64,000 bases of DNA from a virus. A program made the translations under genes and the position numbers. Below are positions 10,701 to 20,393 of the stretch, piece by piece; position 1 is the stretch's first letter, and each line of letters opens with the position of its first letter. The notes under the pieces are model-generated. The model had not been told where the DNA came from and did not search any database. It saw only the letters and a list, made by a program, of their open reading frames with translations. The DNA is taken from IMG/VR virus record IMGVR_UViG_3300031963_000016, positions 64,001-128,000 of that record; one strand, written 5' to 3'.

Positions 10701-11432
10701 ACATTTGCTTATGTTGTCATTTATGGTAATGGAACAGGAGCAACTGCAAGAGCGATTATTTCTCCATATGGTGGACACGGAAAAAATGCTCCAGATGAAT
10801 TATTTGCTAGAACTTTAATGTTTTATACTAATCTTTCTTCAGATTTAAATCAAGGATTATCAGTAAATAATGATTATAGACAGTTTGGTATAATTAAAAA
10901 TCCAAGATCATTTAATAGCACTAGGTTATTTGAAGGAACTATTGGTTCTGGTTGTTATATTGTTGAGGCAGATATAGATTTAAATCAATTTGAAAAAGAT
11001 ATGGATATCTATATCACTAGAGGAATTGTTTGGGCACCAAATACTGCATATACATTAGGGCAACAAATTTACACCTCTTCTAGATTATATTCAGTCACTT
11101 TAGCAGGAACCACTGGATCTACACCACCAAGTCATACACTAGGAAATGCAACAAACGGAACAGCTGTTTTACAATATATCGGATCTTCAATTAGAAGATA
11201 TAGAATTGTTACACTAACATCTACTTCTGCATTAATTCAATCATTAGATAATGACATTCCAACTATTAATGATACTTTCTTAAATTCTGATAATGAAAAT
11301 TTTAAACCTAAAACTATAGGTCTACCAACAGTGGATAAATATTCTGGACAATTAATGTACATTGATAATAAACAAGGGTTTACACCATCAGAAGACGAAA
11401 CTGTTATTCTTAGAACAGTTATTAAATTTTAA
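7701..11432 (+). CDS. gp8: Baseplate wedge gp8-like protein enlarged by inserted repeat, CBM-like and beta-propeller domains
   Basis: YYYFLGKTLKW, RRIDWTSGQVYDMYDD, FYVMTDDFNVYKCLDNN, DGYIWKYMYNV, NDYRQFGIIKNP, VDKYSGQLMYIDNK; 1243 aa. Confidence 0.85.
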   Translation: MPHTTEHSYLIKSKLHKALAEGVYKDIVNGNSSYYYFLGKTLKWNVDDNPPYPIDSYAYERLVRSDIITMKEIKSSDVSLVVRRIDWTSGQVYDMYDDEYSNEILGLDLVNGGSGYTSIPTITVTGGGGSGAQFTAIIDIEQGKIIGTDLVSKGSGYTSVPTVTITGGGGSGGILTAVLNTAPSGFNRLEDCNFYVMTDDFNVYKCLDNNNNSPSTSKPTGTQVEPLKLIDGYIWKYMYNVPIGLRNKFLTGDQIPVISALTNQFYNSGALENITIISKGSGYKSANIVVSGDGFRESDPSFIQSVVVSQGGSNYNAPTVTFSDPFSTSSPFLSGGQVYLGQRIRNTNRDFYEVVVPGTLGGVEPTHKFGVVQNNSINVGVSWEANLVVSLNQKIYVSERLYNVTVAGTLGASPPVHTTGTAANGTATLAYVSAVTRGTASLKYIGTTATGTVSKNLSNEITSINLIGAVREITITNPGSGYISPPNIIISGGGGTGAEAVVKMNNDSVLYATVTNSGSGYTSDPSVTFGTAWTSSGNVKLNDQIYSSSRLYTVTSVSQPLRVESAYYTNKSLDISARDTAPNGLFFSPDGTKLFVAGDTGNNIIAYALSIAWDISTATFVNESGTSAETNTRGLFFSSDGTKLYVTGTLNDSVYQYNLTTAWTLPATLPTPTTFSLSGQDSAPNGIAFNDNGTKMYIVGDTNNSVYEYNLSSAWDITSAVYGTSFSVATQTTVPTDISFSSDGKHMLIIDSGSDAVFQYNLSTAYSIATASYSNTFELTVAESLPSGVYLQPGNNYLYTVGTGQDTVYQYQIPQKSVLGTTAPSHQSGSATNGDVTLTYAGAPATGEVIRRYGAGYSAAPTITITDTTGSGAEFSVLTNPSEAIVLPIIENEQIIGLAIPDPGIGYTTASTQVISSTGNGAQLLPNLTLGNIQSLQANNEILTVPGTIDAIKIVSGGYSYGSATVSIVGDGTGATAEAVIDLATGKVSKINITNRGQNYTFAYVVIYGNGTGATARAIISPYGGHGKNAPDELFARTLMFYTNLSSDLNQGLSVNNDYRQFGIIKNPRSFNSTRLFEGTIGSGCYIVEADIDLNQFEKDMDIYITRGIVWAPNTAYTLGQQIYTSSRLYSVTLAGTTGSTPPSHTLGNATNGTAVLQYIGSSIRRYRIVTLTSTSALIQSLDNDIPTINDTFLNSDNENFKPKTIGLPTVDKYSGQLMYIDNKQGFTPSEDETVILRTVIKF

Positions 11433-11446
11433 GGGTAAAATAGAAA

Positions 11447-14400
11447 ATGGCAATTAACTTTAACACTGAACCATATAATGACGATTATTCTGCGGATAAT
11501 GATTTTTATAGAGTTCTTTTCCGTCCAGGATATGCAGTTCAGGCGAGAGAATTAACACAACTTCAAACTATTCTACAACAACAAGTTACTAGATTTGGAG
11601 ATCATGTATTTAAAAATGGTTCAGTAGTTGTTCCAGGAGCGGTAAATTACGATCATCGTGTTCATTTTATCAAATTAGAATCTACATATAATGATTTAAG
11701 CGTTCAATCATATCTAACTCAGTTTAGAAATAAAATTATTACTGGAGTTACCAGCGGAGTTAAATATCGTGTTATTGATACATCGCAGTGCGGATGCGTA
11801 GCAGAACAAATTGAAATACAAACTTTATATTGCAAATTTGAAAAAACTGCTGCAGATGGTTCAACAGCCAGATTTATTCCTGGAGAAAATATTGTAGCGT
11901 ATGAGGCAGATAATCAAACAAGTACAAATCCTCTTCTTTCTGTAAATCAGCAAGGTGATATTTACGCTACAATTAAAAGTTTAGGTGACGCTGGACAATC
12001 TCCGACAAGATATACAGAAAACGCATCATCAGACGTTATGGGATATGCTTTCCAAGTTGATGTTAAGGAAGGTATATATTACATTGATGGCTTTTTTGTT
12101 AGAAATCCAGAGCTGCACCTGTATGTAGGCAGATTTCAGAGTTATCCTTCGGCAAGAGTTGGATTTAAAGTAACTGAAAGTATTGTTACATCAGACGATG
12201 ATGAAACTTTATTAGACAATGCTCAGGGTTCTTTAAACTATGCTGCTCCTGGAGCAGATCGCTATAAAATTTCTTTAGAATTAGTAAAATTACCATTACA
12301 ATCTACAGATTCAATTCGATTTGTTGAACTGTTGCGTGTAATTGATGGTGTTGTTCAATTTAAAATTAATAAATCATCATATGCTGAATTAGAAAAAACA
12401 TTAGCACGTAGAACTCTTGATGAATCTGGTAACTACGAAGTTAACAAGTTTAGACTTTCTGTAAGAGAACATTTAAACAATGGTAGTAACTTTGGTGTAT
12501 ATCCACCAGTTCCAATTACTGGTCCAGTTACTAGCGCAAATACCATTTATGGTGATGAAGATAAATTTGCATTAGTAATCGATCCAGGTAGAGCATATAT
12601 TAGTGGATATGAAGTAGATTCAACAGCTACACAATATCTTGGGATTAACAAAGCCAGAGAAATTATAGTTAACAATGTTACAGATGAGGGTGGACATATT
12701 GTTCGCCTTGAAGACCAACCGATTGGTCTTCAAATGGGAAATTATGCATTAGTAACAAATGTTTATAATGTTCCAGGAGTAACTACATTTGACCAAGTAT
12801 ATCTTGTTAATAGATTAACAGTTACTGCAGGAAATGCTCCTGCATCAAATACTATTGTTGGTACAGCAAGAATAAAATATATTGAGTTGCATTCTTCCGA
12901 TTATAGTGGAGGAACTAGCACTGTGTATAAACTTGGATTATTTGACATTAATATGTCTCCAGGTTATTCTTTCACACATGATGTGAAACAAATAGTAGGC
13001 ACAGGAGCAACTAATAATTTCTCTTGTGATATTAGACCTAGTCTATATCAGTTACAAGGGACTGCTACTTCATCTACTGGTTCTACTACTATTACTGGTG
13101 TTGGTACAAACTTTTCTGAGGTATTAAAAGCAGGTGATGTTATCTATATTAATGGCGTATTTATTGGAAGAGTGAATACAACTCCAACTAATAATCTTTC
13201 ATTAACATTAGCTGCTAATGCTGCAGCAACAGTTGCTGGTGGAAGTATCTCGCAATTTCATGCACAAGTTTATGAACCAGAATTTGATTCACTAGTATTT
13301 CCAGTTGGTGCGCAATTTGTTAAAACTTTAAGAGGATATGACTCTGGAACAGCAACAGATAGTATTAAAAGTAGCCAAGTTACTGTTAAACGTATATTTA
13401 CAGCAGCAGCAGATGGCGCAGGACTTCTTTCTGTACAATTAACTAATCTAAAAGAATTTTTCTTACCAAATGATTTAGATAATTATACTGTATTTGACAA
13501 TGTCACAAAATTGCCAGTAAACATTAGTGCTAGCAATATTACATTTAACATAGTTGGAGATCTAACAGATGATACTCCAAGAAAAACAGTTAATATTAGT
13601 GGTTTAGTTGCAAGTAGATCATATACACTAATTGCTTCTGTTTTACAAATAGAAACTGCAGCATCTGAAAAAACTAAGACTCTCGTTACAAATTATGTTG
13701 GTGATATTATCACTACTAAAAAATCTGTGACAGCAAATATCATTGAGTTAACTAAAGCAGATGCATTGAGAATTAAGAATGTCTATATGACTCCAGGTGA
13801 TTACACTGCATTTAATGCAGGAAATCAAGTTGATATTACAGAGCGTTATACATTAGACGATGGTCAAAGATCAACACATTATACAAATGCTAAGATAATC
13901 TTGAAGCCAGGATTTCAAGTTCCTTCTGGTGCTATTAAAGTTGTTTATGACTATTTTCAAGTTTCTGGATCGGGAAATTATTTCTCCGTTGATTCATATT
14001 CAACTATTCCATATGAAGATATTCCAAGTTATTTTGTAACAGATCCAGTTACAAAAAATAAAACTGAAATATCTCTTACTAATGTATTAGATTTCCGTCC
14101 AATTATTGCTGGAACAAATACTTGGTATCCAGAGATGCCATCACGTGGTAATGATGCAAATGCTCCAATGGCATATTATGTAGGAAGACGAGATAAAATA
14201 GTTTTAGACTCTGTAGGTCGTTTTAATGTAATTGGTGGGGTTCCAGCTAGAGTTCCACAGGAACCAGAAGATCCAAAAGAAGGATTAGTTATTGCTACTC
14301 TCTTTATTCCACCATATACAAAAAATGTTAAAGATATAAAAGTATATCAACGTGACAATCGTAGATATACAATGAAAGATATTGGTAAATTAGATAGAAG

Positions 14401-17400
14401 AATTTCTAACTTAGAATACTACACATCTCTAAACTTACTTGAAAAAGATACAGAAACATTACAAATTAAAGATAGTGTAACTGGGCTTGATAAGTTTAAA
14501 AATGGTTTCGTAGTAGATCAATTTACTGGACATGGTGTTGGCGATGTAAAAAATCCAGATTATAAATGCGCAACTGATAGTGAACAGAGAATTTTACGTC
14601 CAATGCATTTTACAACATCTGTCGATATTGTAGAAGATTTAGCATCTGGCGTAGCACGTTCTTCTGCAAACTATCAAAAAACTGGTGATGTGCTGACATT
14701 ACCATACACAGAAGACATTTTAGTATTTAACCCAAATGCATCTAGAATGATAGATGTAAATCCATATAAAATTGGTGCATTTAGAGGACAAGTTTATCTT
14801 CTTCCAGAAAATGATAGTTGGAAAGATGTTGAGCGTCGTCCAGATTTAAATGTTATTGACGATGACAATTATGATGCTATTGCATTTATGGCGGAAGAAT
14901 TAGGAGTTACTGGAACTAAATGGAACGAATGGCAAACCAACTGGACTGGCTCTTCTTCTACAAGCGTTAATTTTGAGACTACATCTGGATTTGTCACACA
15001 AGGATTCCAAACAACTACTACAGTAACTACTGGAACTTCCTCACAGTCAGGAACTCAAACTACATTACAATCTAGTGTCAATAGTCAAGATTATGGTGAT
15101 AGAGTTGTTGATGTTGCCTATGCTCCATATATGAGAGAGAGAGCAATAACATTTATTGCTAAAAATCTAAAACCAAATACAATTTTTTATCCTTTCTTTG
15201 ACACTACTGATGTTGCTGAATATGTAATGCCAGCACAAGTTTTACAGGTAACTGCCTCTTCACCAAATACATTTTTAGAGTTTGAAACAGGTGATCTACA
15301 AGATAAAGTTCTTTTTGATGATCCATTTAGAACTACATGGAATGGAGTTGCAGAAGCAGCATTTCAAATTGGGGATGTTGTTCAAAATGCTGCACATGCT
15401 GGACCAGTAAATATTACAGCTATTAGTCATTTAACTGCACCAGGATATTCGTTTAACTTAACTGTTGCTAACTCTACTGGAATTGAACCTGGTCACCATG
15501 TTATCATTTACAACTTAGCAAATTTTAGAACACATACTCACTTTGAAGATCGTGTAGATTATCAGATTCCAATGCCACAAGGTAATATTACTCCTGGTGG
15601 AAATACTTCACAAAGTTTAAATATGGAAGTGTTTGAAGTTTCTGCTAAATCTGGCAATGTTTTAACACTAAAACGCAGAGATGATTCTATTATTCCTGCT
15701 TTTGAAGCATATGATACAACTCGTTATATTGCAGAGACACCAACACGTCTTGGACGACTATATCGTTTAAGAGCGTCAGGTGTGGTTGTTTATGCAGGAA
15801 CAGAGTATGGTAATCGTGAAACAACATCAAATAAACCAGTAACGCAAGATATTCATATTGTTAATATGAAACATGCATTTGCTTTAAATGATGTTATTGT
15901 TGGCAGAACACAAATTTCTACAGGCAGTTATAATCGTGCTACTGTAAATGCTATCAATGGCGTTACAACTGCAGCTAATGTGGCAGCTGCAAGAAAGAAA
16001 ATGGGCGGCACTATTAGAACAGATGATACTGGAACTGCTGTTGGAGTATTTTATCTTCCTAATAATGATACTCTTCGCTTTAGAACTGGTGAGCGTGAAT
16101 TTAAGTTAATTGATAATATATCAAATACTGATGCCGCATTTGATTCTATTGGAAAAACAAACTTTAATTCTCAAGGTATTTCTCTAACAATGGAAAAAAC
16201 TATTGTTAGTAGTCGTGAAGCAGAATTTGCTCAGGATCGTTTATTCCAAGAAATTCCTGTTCGTAGAGAGTCTGTTTCTACTCGTCTTCTTTATACTATC
16301 GATAATACTCCAGTTTGGTCTGGAGGAGGTGGTGATGGTGGTGGCGATGGAGGTGGTGGGCATGATCCATTAGCACAAACATTTACAGTTGTATCTAAAG
16401 GTGGATGTTTTGTTACTTCAGTAGATTTATTTTTCTCAGAACAAGGAACTCGTCCAGTTATTGTAGAAGTGAGAAATACTAGCAATGGCGTTCCTTCTTC
16501 GAAGATATTACCATTCTCAACTGTGATTAAAAATCCAGTTGATATTAAAACATCAACAAATGGTTCTATTGCAACAACATTTACATTTGATTCTCCACTT
16601 TATTTACAAGATGGTGAAACATATGCTCTAGTTGTAAAAACAGATGAACCAGGATGTCAGGTATTCTGCTCAGAACTAGGACAAACAGATATATTAACTA
16701 ATAATATTATCGCTACACAACCATTAACAGGTTCTTTATATCTCTCACAGAATAGTCAAGAGTTTCAAATTAATCCTCTTCTTGATATAAAATTTACTTT
16801 AAGAAAAGCTGTATTTGATACTAGTGTAACTTCTCAAGTTAACTTGAGAACTACTCCGCCAGTAAGATTTAAATTACCAAATGATCCAATTGAAATTACA
16901 CCAAATACTACAAAAGTTCGTGTATATGCTCCAAATCATGGCCATGTAGCTGGCGACATAGTAGTATTAGATGGATTTATTATGGGGTATCGTTATGGTG
17001 GAGCTACGCAGTCTTATGGATTTGATGCTATGATGTTAAATGGAGAGCATACTATATTAACAGATGGATTAGATAAAGATTCTTTTGTTATTGATATTGA
17101 TATTACTGATGATTCTAACAATAGTATTCTTTCTGGCACTACTGCTGATTTTGTTAAGGGTGAATATGGAGGTTCTGGAATCACTTGTACTCGTGGAGCA
17201 TTTGCAGATGCTGTATATTTAAAAACTAGTGATTTATCTTTCCAAGATACATCATTAAATTACTATGTTGATTCTCAGGATTTAACAGGTACATTTAGTG
17301 GTTTTATGCCAATGGTTTCAAATGCTAACTATTTCTTTCCAACAAGAAAACAAGTTAAAGCATATGAAAATCAAACAGAAATTAGTGGTGTGAAAAAATC

Positions 17401-18481
17401 TTCATTAAGATTCCAGGCAAGAATGAGAAGTGATAATCCTAATGTATCACCTGCGATCGATCTACAACAACTAGCGTCATATGTGATCGCAAATTTAGTA
17501 GACGATTATACTCAAAATGAAATTAATGTTACAGAAATTGATTCTAGAGAATTACTAGGTGGTGGAGATATCATTTCTGGAGATGTAACTATTTCAGGCA
17601 CAGGACAGATTACATGTTCTACTGCTTCTGCAGTAGTTAATGGAACTAGCACTCTATTCCAAACTCAAGGAAAAGTTAAAGTTGGTAATATATTAAAAAG
17701 ATTATCTGATGGTGCAACTATTGGTACAGTATTAACTATTGATAGTGATACTCAGATTACTCTTACCGCAAATGCTGCAATAACTATTGCATCTAATGCT
17801 AGTTATACCATTTCCGCTGCACCAACACTATCATTCTCTAATTCAGGAGGATTGGGCTTAATAGCAACAAATATTGATACTGCTGATAATGCTCTTACCA
17901 ATGCTACTATCGGTAAATATATTACTATTAGTAATGCTCACTCAAATGTAAATGGAACATATGTTGTTAGAGATGTAAAAGTAATCAGTGATACAGTAAC
18001 CTTTGCAGGTAATGCAGAATCTGACGCTGTTAACATTTATGTTTATCCACAATTTACTGGATCCGCAAGTATTGATATGATTACTGATCCAGATTTCTCT
18101 ATTGTACAACATGATAAATATGTTGAAGATTTTGCTCCTGTAGGAAGCACTAATGCTGCAAACTACATGACAAGAACTTTATCTTTAGTGGATCCAGCAG
18201 ATAATATTAAATTAATATTTGATGCATCTATCGTATCTTTAACTGATGTTAAAGTATATTATAGAGTATGGGAAGGTGAAGTAGATCTTAAGAAATTGCC
18301 TTGGAATGATTCTGAATATGTAAATCCTCTTTACAATAGTGAGGGAGTTTATACAGAAAGAACAATAGATATTAGTAGTTCTTCTCCATTTAAAAATGTT
18401 CAAGTTAAACTTGTTATGAGATCTTCTGATCCATCTAAAGTTCCTTTAATTAAGAATCTTAGACTTATTGCTTATTCATGA
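11447..18481 (+). CDS. Giant virion structural protein (DUF4815/VrlC-like)
   Basis: FNTEPYNDDY, FYRVLFRPGYAVQARELTQLQTILQQQ, NYAAPGADRYKISL, DKFKNGFVVDQF, DPLAQTF, VPLIKNLRLIA; 2344 aa. Confidence 0.85.
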   Translation: MAINFNTEPYNDDYSADNDFYRVLFRPGYAVQARELTQLQTILQQQVTRFGDHVFKNGSVVVPGAVNYDHRVHFIKLESTYNDLSVQSYLTQFRNKIITGVTSGVKYRVIDTSQCGCVAEQIEIQTLYCKFEKTAADGSTARFIPGENIVAYEADNQTSTNPLLSVNQQGDIYATIKSLGDAGQSPTRYTENASSDVMGYAFQVDVKEGIYYIDGFFVRNPELHLYVGRFQSYPSARVGFKVTESIVTSDDDETLLDNAQGSLNYAAPGADRYKISLELVKLPLQSTDSIRFVELLRVIDGVVQFKINKSSYAELEKTLARRTLDESGNYEVNKFRLSVREHLNNGSNFGVYPPVPITGPVTSANTIYGDEDKFALVIDPGRAYISGYEVDSTATQYLGINKAREIIVNNVTDEGGHIVRLEDQPIGLQMGNYALVTNVYNVPGVTTFDQVYLVNRLTVTAGNAPASNTIVGTARIKYIELHSSDYSGGTSTVYKLGLFDINMSPGYSFTHDVKQIVGTGATNNFSCDIRPSLYQLQGTATSSTGSTTITGVGTNFSEVLKAGDVIYINGVFIGRVNTTPTNNLSLTLAANAAATVAGGSISQFHAQVYEPEFDSLVFPVGAQFVKTLRGYDSGTATDSIKSSQVTVKRIFTAAADGAGLLSVQLTNLKEFFLPNDLDNYTVFDNVTKLPVNISASNITFNIVGDLTDDTPRKTVNISGLVASRSYTLIASVLQIETAASEKTKTLVTNYVGDIITTKKSVTANIIELTKADALRIKNVYMTPGDYTAFNAGNQVDITERYTLDDGQRSTHYTNAKIILKPGFQVPSGAIKVVYDYFQVSGSGNYFSVDSYSTIPYEDIPSYFVTDPVTKNKTEISLTNVLDFRPIIAGTNTWYPEMPSRGNDANAPMAYYVGRRDKIVLDSVGRFNVIGGVPARVPQEPEDPKEGLVIATLFIPPYTKNVKDIKVYQRDNRRYTMKDIGKLDRRISNLEYYTSLNLLEKDTETLQIKDSVTGLDKFKNGFVVDQFTGHGVGDVKNPDYKCATDSEQRILRPMHFTTSVDIVEDLASGVARSSANYQKTGDVLTLPYTEDILVFNPNASRMIDVNPYKIGAFRGQVYLLPENDSWKDVERRPDLNVIDDDNYDAIAFMAEELGVTGTKWNEWQTNWTGSSSTSVNFETTSGFVTQGFQTTTTVTTGTSSQSGTQTTLQSSVNSQDYGDRVVDVAYAPYMRERAITFIAKNLKPNTIFYPFFDTTDVAEYVMPAQVLQVTASSPNTFLEFETGDLQDKVLFDDPFRTTWNGVAEAAFQIGDVVQNAAHAGPVNITAISHLTAPGYSFNLTVANSTGIEPGHHVIIYNLANFRTHTHFEDRVDYQIPMPQGNITPGGNTSQSLNMEVFEVSAKSGNVLTLKRRDDSIIPAFEAYDTTRYIAETPTRLGRLYRLRASGVVVYAGTEYGNRETTSNKPVTQDIHIVNMKHAFALNDVIVGRTQISTGSYNRATVNAINGVTTAANVAAARKKMGGTIRTDDTGTAVGVFYLPNNDTLRFRTGEREFKLIDNISNTDAAFDSIGKTNFNSQGISLTMEKTIVSSREAEFAQDRLFQEIPVRRESVSTRLLYTIDNTPVWSGGGGDGGGDGGGGHDPLAQTFTVVSKGGCFVTSVDLFFSEQGTRPVIVEVRNTSNGVPSSKILPFSTVIKNPVDIKTSTNGSIATTFTFDSPLYLQDGETYALVVKTDEPGCQVFCSELGQTDILTNNIIATQPLTGSLYLSQNSQEFQINPLLDIKFTLRKAVFDTSVTSQVNLRTTPPVRFKLPNDPIEITPNTTKVRVYAPNHGHVAGDIVVLDGFIMGYRYGGATQSYGFDAMMLNGEHTILTDGLDKDSFVIDIDITDDSNNSILSGTTADFVKGEYGGSGITCTRGAFADAVYLKTSDLSFQDTSLNYYVDSQDLTGTFSGFMPMVSNANYFFPTRKQVKAYENQTEISGVKKSSLRFQARMRSDNPNVSPAIDLQQLASYVIANLVDDYTQNEINVTEIDSRELLGGGDIISGDVTISGTGQITCSTASAVVNGTSTLFQTQGKVKVGNILKRLSDGATIGTVLTIDSDTQITLTANAAITIASNASYTISAAPTLSFSNSGGLGLIATNIDTADNALTNATIGKYITISNAHSNVNGTYVVRDVKVISDTVTFAGNAESDAVNIYVYPQFTGSASIDMITDPDFSIVQHDKYVEDFAPVGSTNAANYMTRTLSLVDPADNIKLIFDASIVSLTDVKVYYRVWEGEVDLKKLPWNDSEYVNPLYNSEGVYTERTIDISSSSPFKNVQVKLVMRSSDPSKVPLIKNLRLIAYS

Positions 18482-18729
18482 ACAATTTAATTAAAATACA
18501 AGGTTATAGCAACCTAAGAAAAGATAAAACAAATAAAGGCATCATTAATGTAGATCATAACGCATATCAAAATTATTTGATGTCAAAAAATCTAGTTAAA
18601 AGAAATATGTTAGAAAAAGAACAAGCGCAGCAGACTATTTCTTCTATGCAAGAAGAAATAAATAATATTAAAGATGACATTGGTGATATAAAAACAATGC
18701 TGCAACATTTAATAAACAAGGATAAATAA
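18478..18729 (+). CDS. Conserved small protein following the DUF4815 gene
   Basis: KIQGYSNLRKD...GIINVD, C-terminal coiled coil EINNIKDDIGDIKTMLQHL; ATGA overlap. Confidence 0.7.
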   Translation: MNNLIKIQGYSNLRKDKTNKGIINVDHNAYQNYLMSKNLVKRNMLEKEQAQQTISSMQEEINNIKDDIGDIKTMLQHLINKDK

Positions 18730-19949
18730 TGCCTATCGTATACAGAGTTGTTCAGGGGAGACCTCTAACAATAGCCGAGGCAGACGGTAACTTCCAATAC
18801 GTAGAAGAACAGTTAGCCCTTAAATTAGATAGCAGCGATTATACAGCTGCTGAGATATTAACAAGGTTGTTAACTGTAGATGGTTCTACTTCTGGTTTAG
18901 ATTCACAGTATCTACATGGATTATCACCACATTCTACAGTATTACCTGTAGGAGCAAATAAAAGTTCAGTTGTAACTAGAAATTCTGATGGTAATTTTAT
19001 AGCAAATACTATTACATCAAATCTAGTTGGAAATGTTACTGGAAACTTAACAGGAAATGTTACTGGAAATGTTACTGGAAATGCAACAGGTTTAAGCACT
19101 ATTCTTGGTTTATCAAATGGTGGCACAGGAACTACTACTGTTGAAGGTATACGAACACTCATCGGTTTAAATACGATGGGATTACAACCATCTACAAATG
19201 TTAGTATTACAGGTGGAACAATAACAGGAATTACACCACTCTCTATTTCTAATGGAGGGACTGGAGCGAATTCTGATAATTTAGCAAGAGTTAATCTTGG
19301 TCTAGTTATAGGACAAGACGTACAAGGATTTGCTCCAATATTAACTTCTTTATCTGCTTTATCTACAACTGGTATCGTAGTTAAGAGTGATGGCACTACA
19401 TTAATATCTAGATCTTTAACCGCTGGTTCAAATATTAGTATTTCTAATGGTAATGCTATTTCTGGAAATCCTACTATTTCATTGGTTTCTAGTCCAGCAT
19501 TATCTGGGACTCCTACTGCTCCTACTGCAACTTTTGGAACAAACACCACACAGATTGCAACTACGGCATTTGTTAAAACTGCTACAGATAACTTAGATAC
19601 TTCTCTTCGTTCATATGTTGATACTGAAATAGCTGATGCAGTTAGTGCCTTTACTGATAGTGCAAAAGCGTGGATTGTTTTTGATGGTTCGGACTTAACA
19701 ATTAAAGCGCAGAAAAATATCCAGAGTGTTGTGTTACAGTCAGAAGGTAGATATTCGATTAACATAACTCCAGGAGTTTTTGCGAATGGCAACTTTGTTG
19801 CAGCAGGAATGGCTTCTGATGATGACCATAATGTAGTTTATGTATCATCTACTTCTACTAATTTAGTTATTAATACTGTTGATAACGGAAGCAGCAATAA
19901 TGTATCACAAACTACACAAGGTGACGTAAGAGTCATTATGTTCGCATAA
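18729..19949 (+). CDS. Tail fibre protein
   Basis: N-terminal GRPLTIAEADGNF anchor, GNVTGN repeats, SPALSGTPTAPTA...TTQIATTAFV, C-terminal AKAWIVFDG domain. Confidence 0.75.
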   Translation: MPIVYRVVQGRPLTIAEADGNFQYVEEQLALKLDSSDYTAAEILTRLLTVDGSTSGLDSQYLHGLSPHSTVLPVGANKSSVVTRNSDGNFIANTITSNLVGNVTGNLTGNVTGNVTGNATGLSTILGLSNGGTGTTTVEGIRTLIGLNTMGLQPSTNVSITGGTITGITPLSISNGGTGANSDNLARVNLGLVIGQDVQGFAPILTSLSALSTTGIVVKSDGTTLISRSLTAGSNISISNGNAISGNPTISLVSSPALSGTPTAPTATFGTNTTQIATTAFVKTATDNLDTSLRSYVDTEIADAVSAFTDSAKAWIVFDGSDLTIKAQKNIQSVVLQSEGRYSINITPGVFANGNFVAAGMASDDDHNVVYVSSTSTNLVINTVDNGSSNNVSQTTQGDVRVIMFA

Positions 19950-19957
19950 GGATACGT

Positions 19958-20380
19958 ATGAAAAAAGTTTTGTATTTAAAACATGACGGTAATGTTGCTT
20001 TAATTTCAGCTGTAACAGAAGAAGCTGCAATTTCTGCAGTTCCAGTTGGTTTATCTCATTTAGTTATCAATCCAGAAGATCTTCCTGCAAAAGAAATTTT
20101 AGCAGATTTTTTTGGAGCACTTACTGCAGATTTTGGTAACATTGAAAAACCAAATGTTAGAATTGATATAAACAAAGCAAAAGACCTAACTAAAGAAAGA
20201 TTGAGAAGAGAAAGAATTGCTTTATTTGAAAAAAATGATATAGAATTAAGAGACGCTATGCTTTCTAATGATAAAGTTAAAATTGAAAATGCGGTAAAAG
20301 AAAGAGATAGATTAAGAAATATAACTTCTCTTGTTGATAAAATTAATACTTTAGATAGTTTGAAAAAATTACACCCATAA
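19958..20380 (+). CDS. Putative tail fibre assembly chaperone
   Basis: IDINKAKDLTKERLRRER and ERDRLRNIT resemble the chaperones that follow AKAW-type fibres. Confidence 0.55.
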   Translation: MKKVLYLKHDGNVALISAVTEEAAISAVPVGLSHLVINPEDLPAKEILADFFGALTADFGNIEKPNVRIDINKAKDLTKERLRRERIALFEKNDIELRDAMLSNDKVKIENAVKERDRLRNITSLVDKINTLDSLKKLHP

Positions 20381-20393
20381 GATAGGATAATAA

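Noticed and set aside
16320-16362. Gly/Asp run GGGGDGGGDGGGG in the DUF4815 protein
   Set aside because: A low-complexity linker before the conserved DPLAQTF motif; ordinary for this family as recalled.
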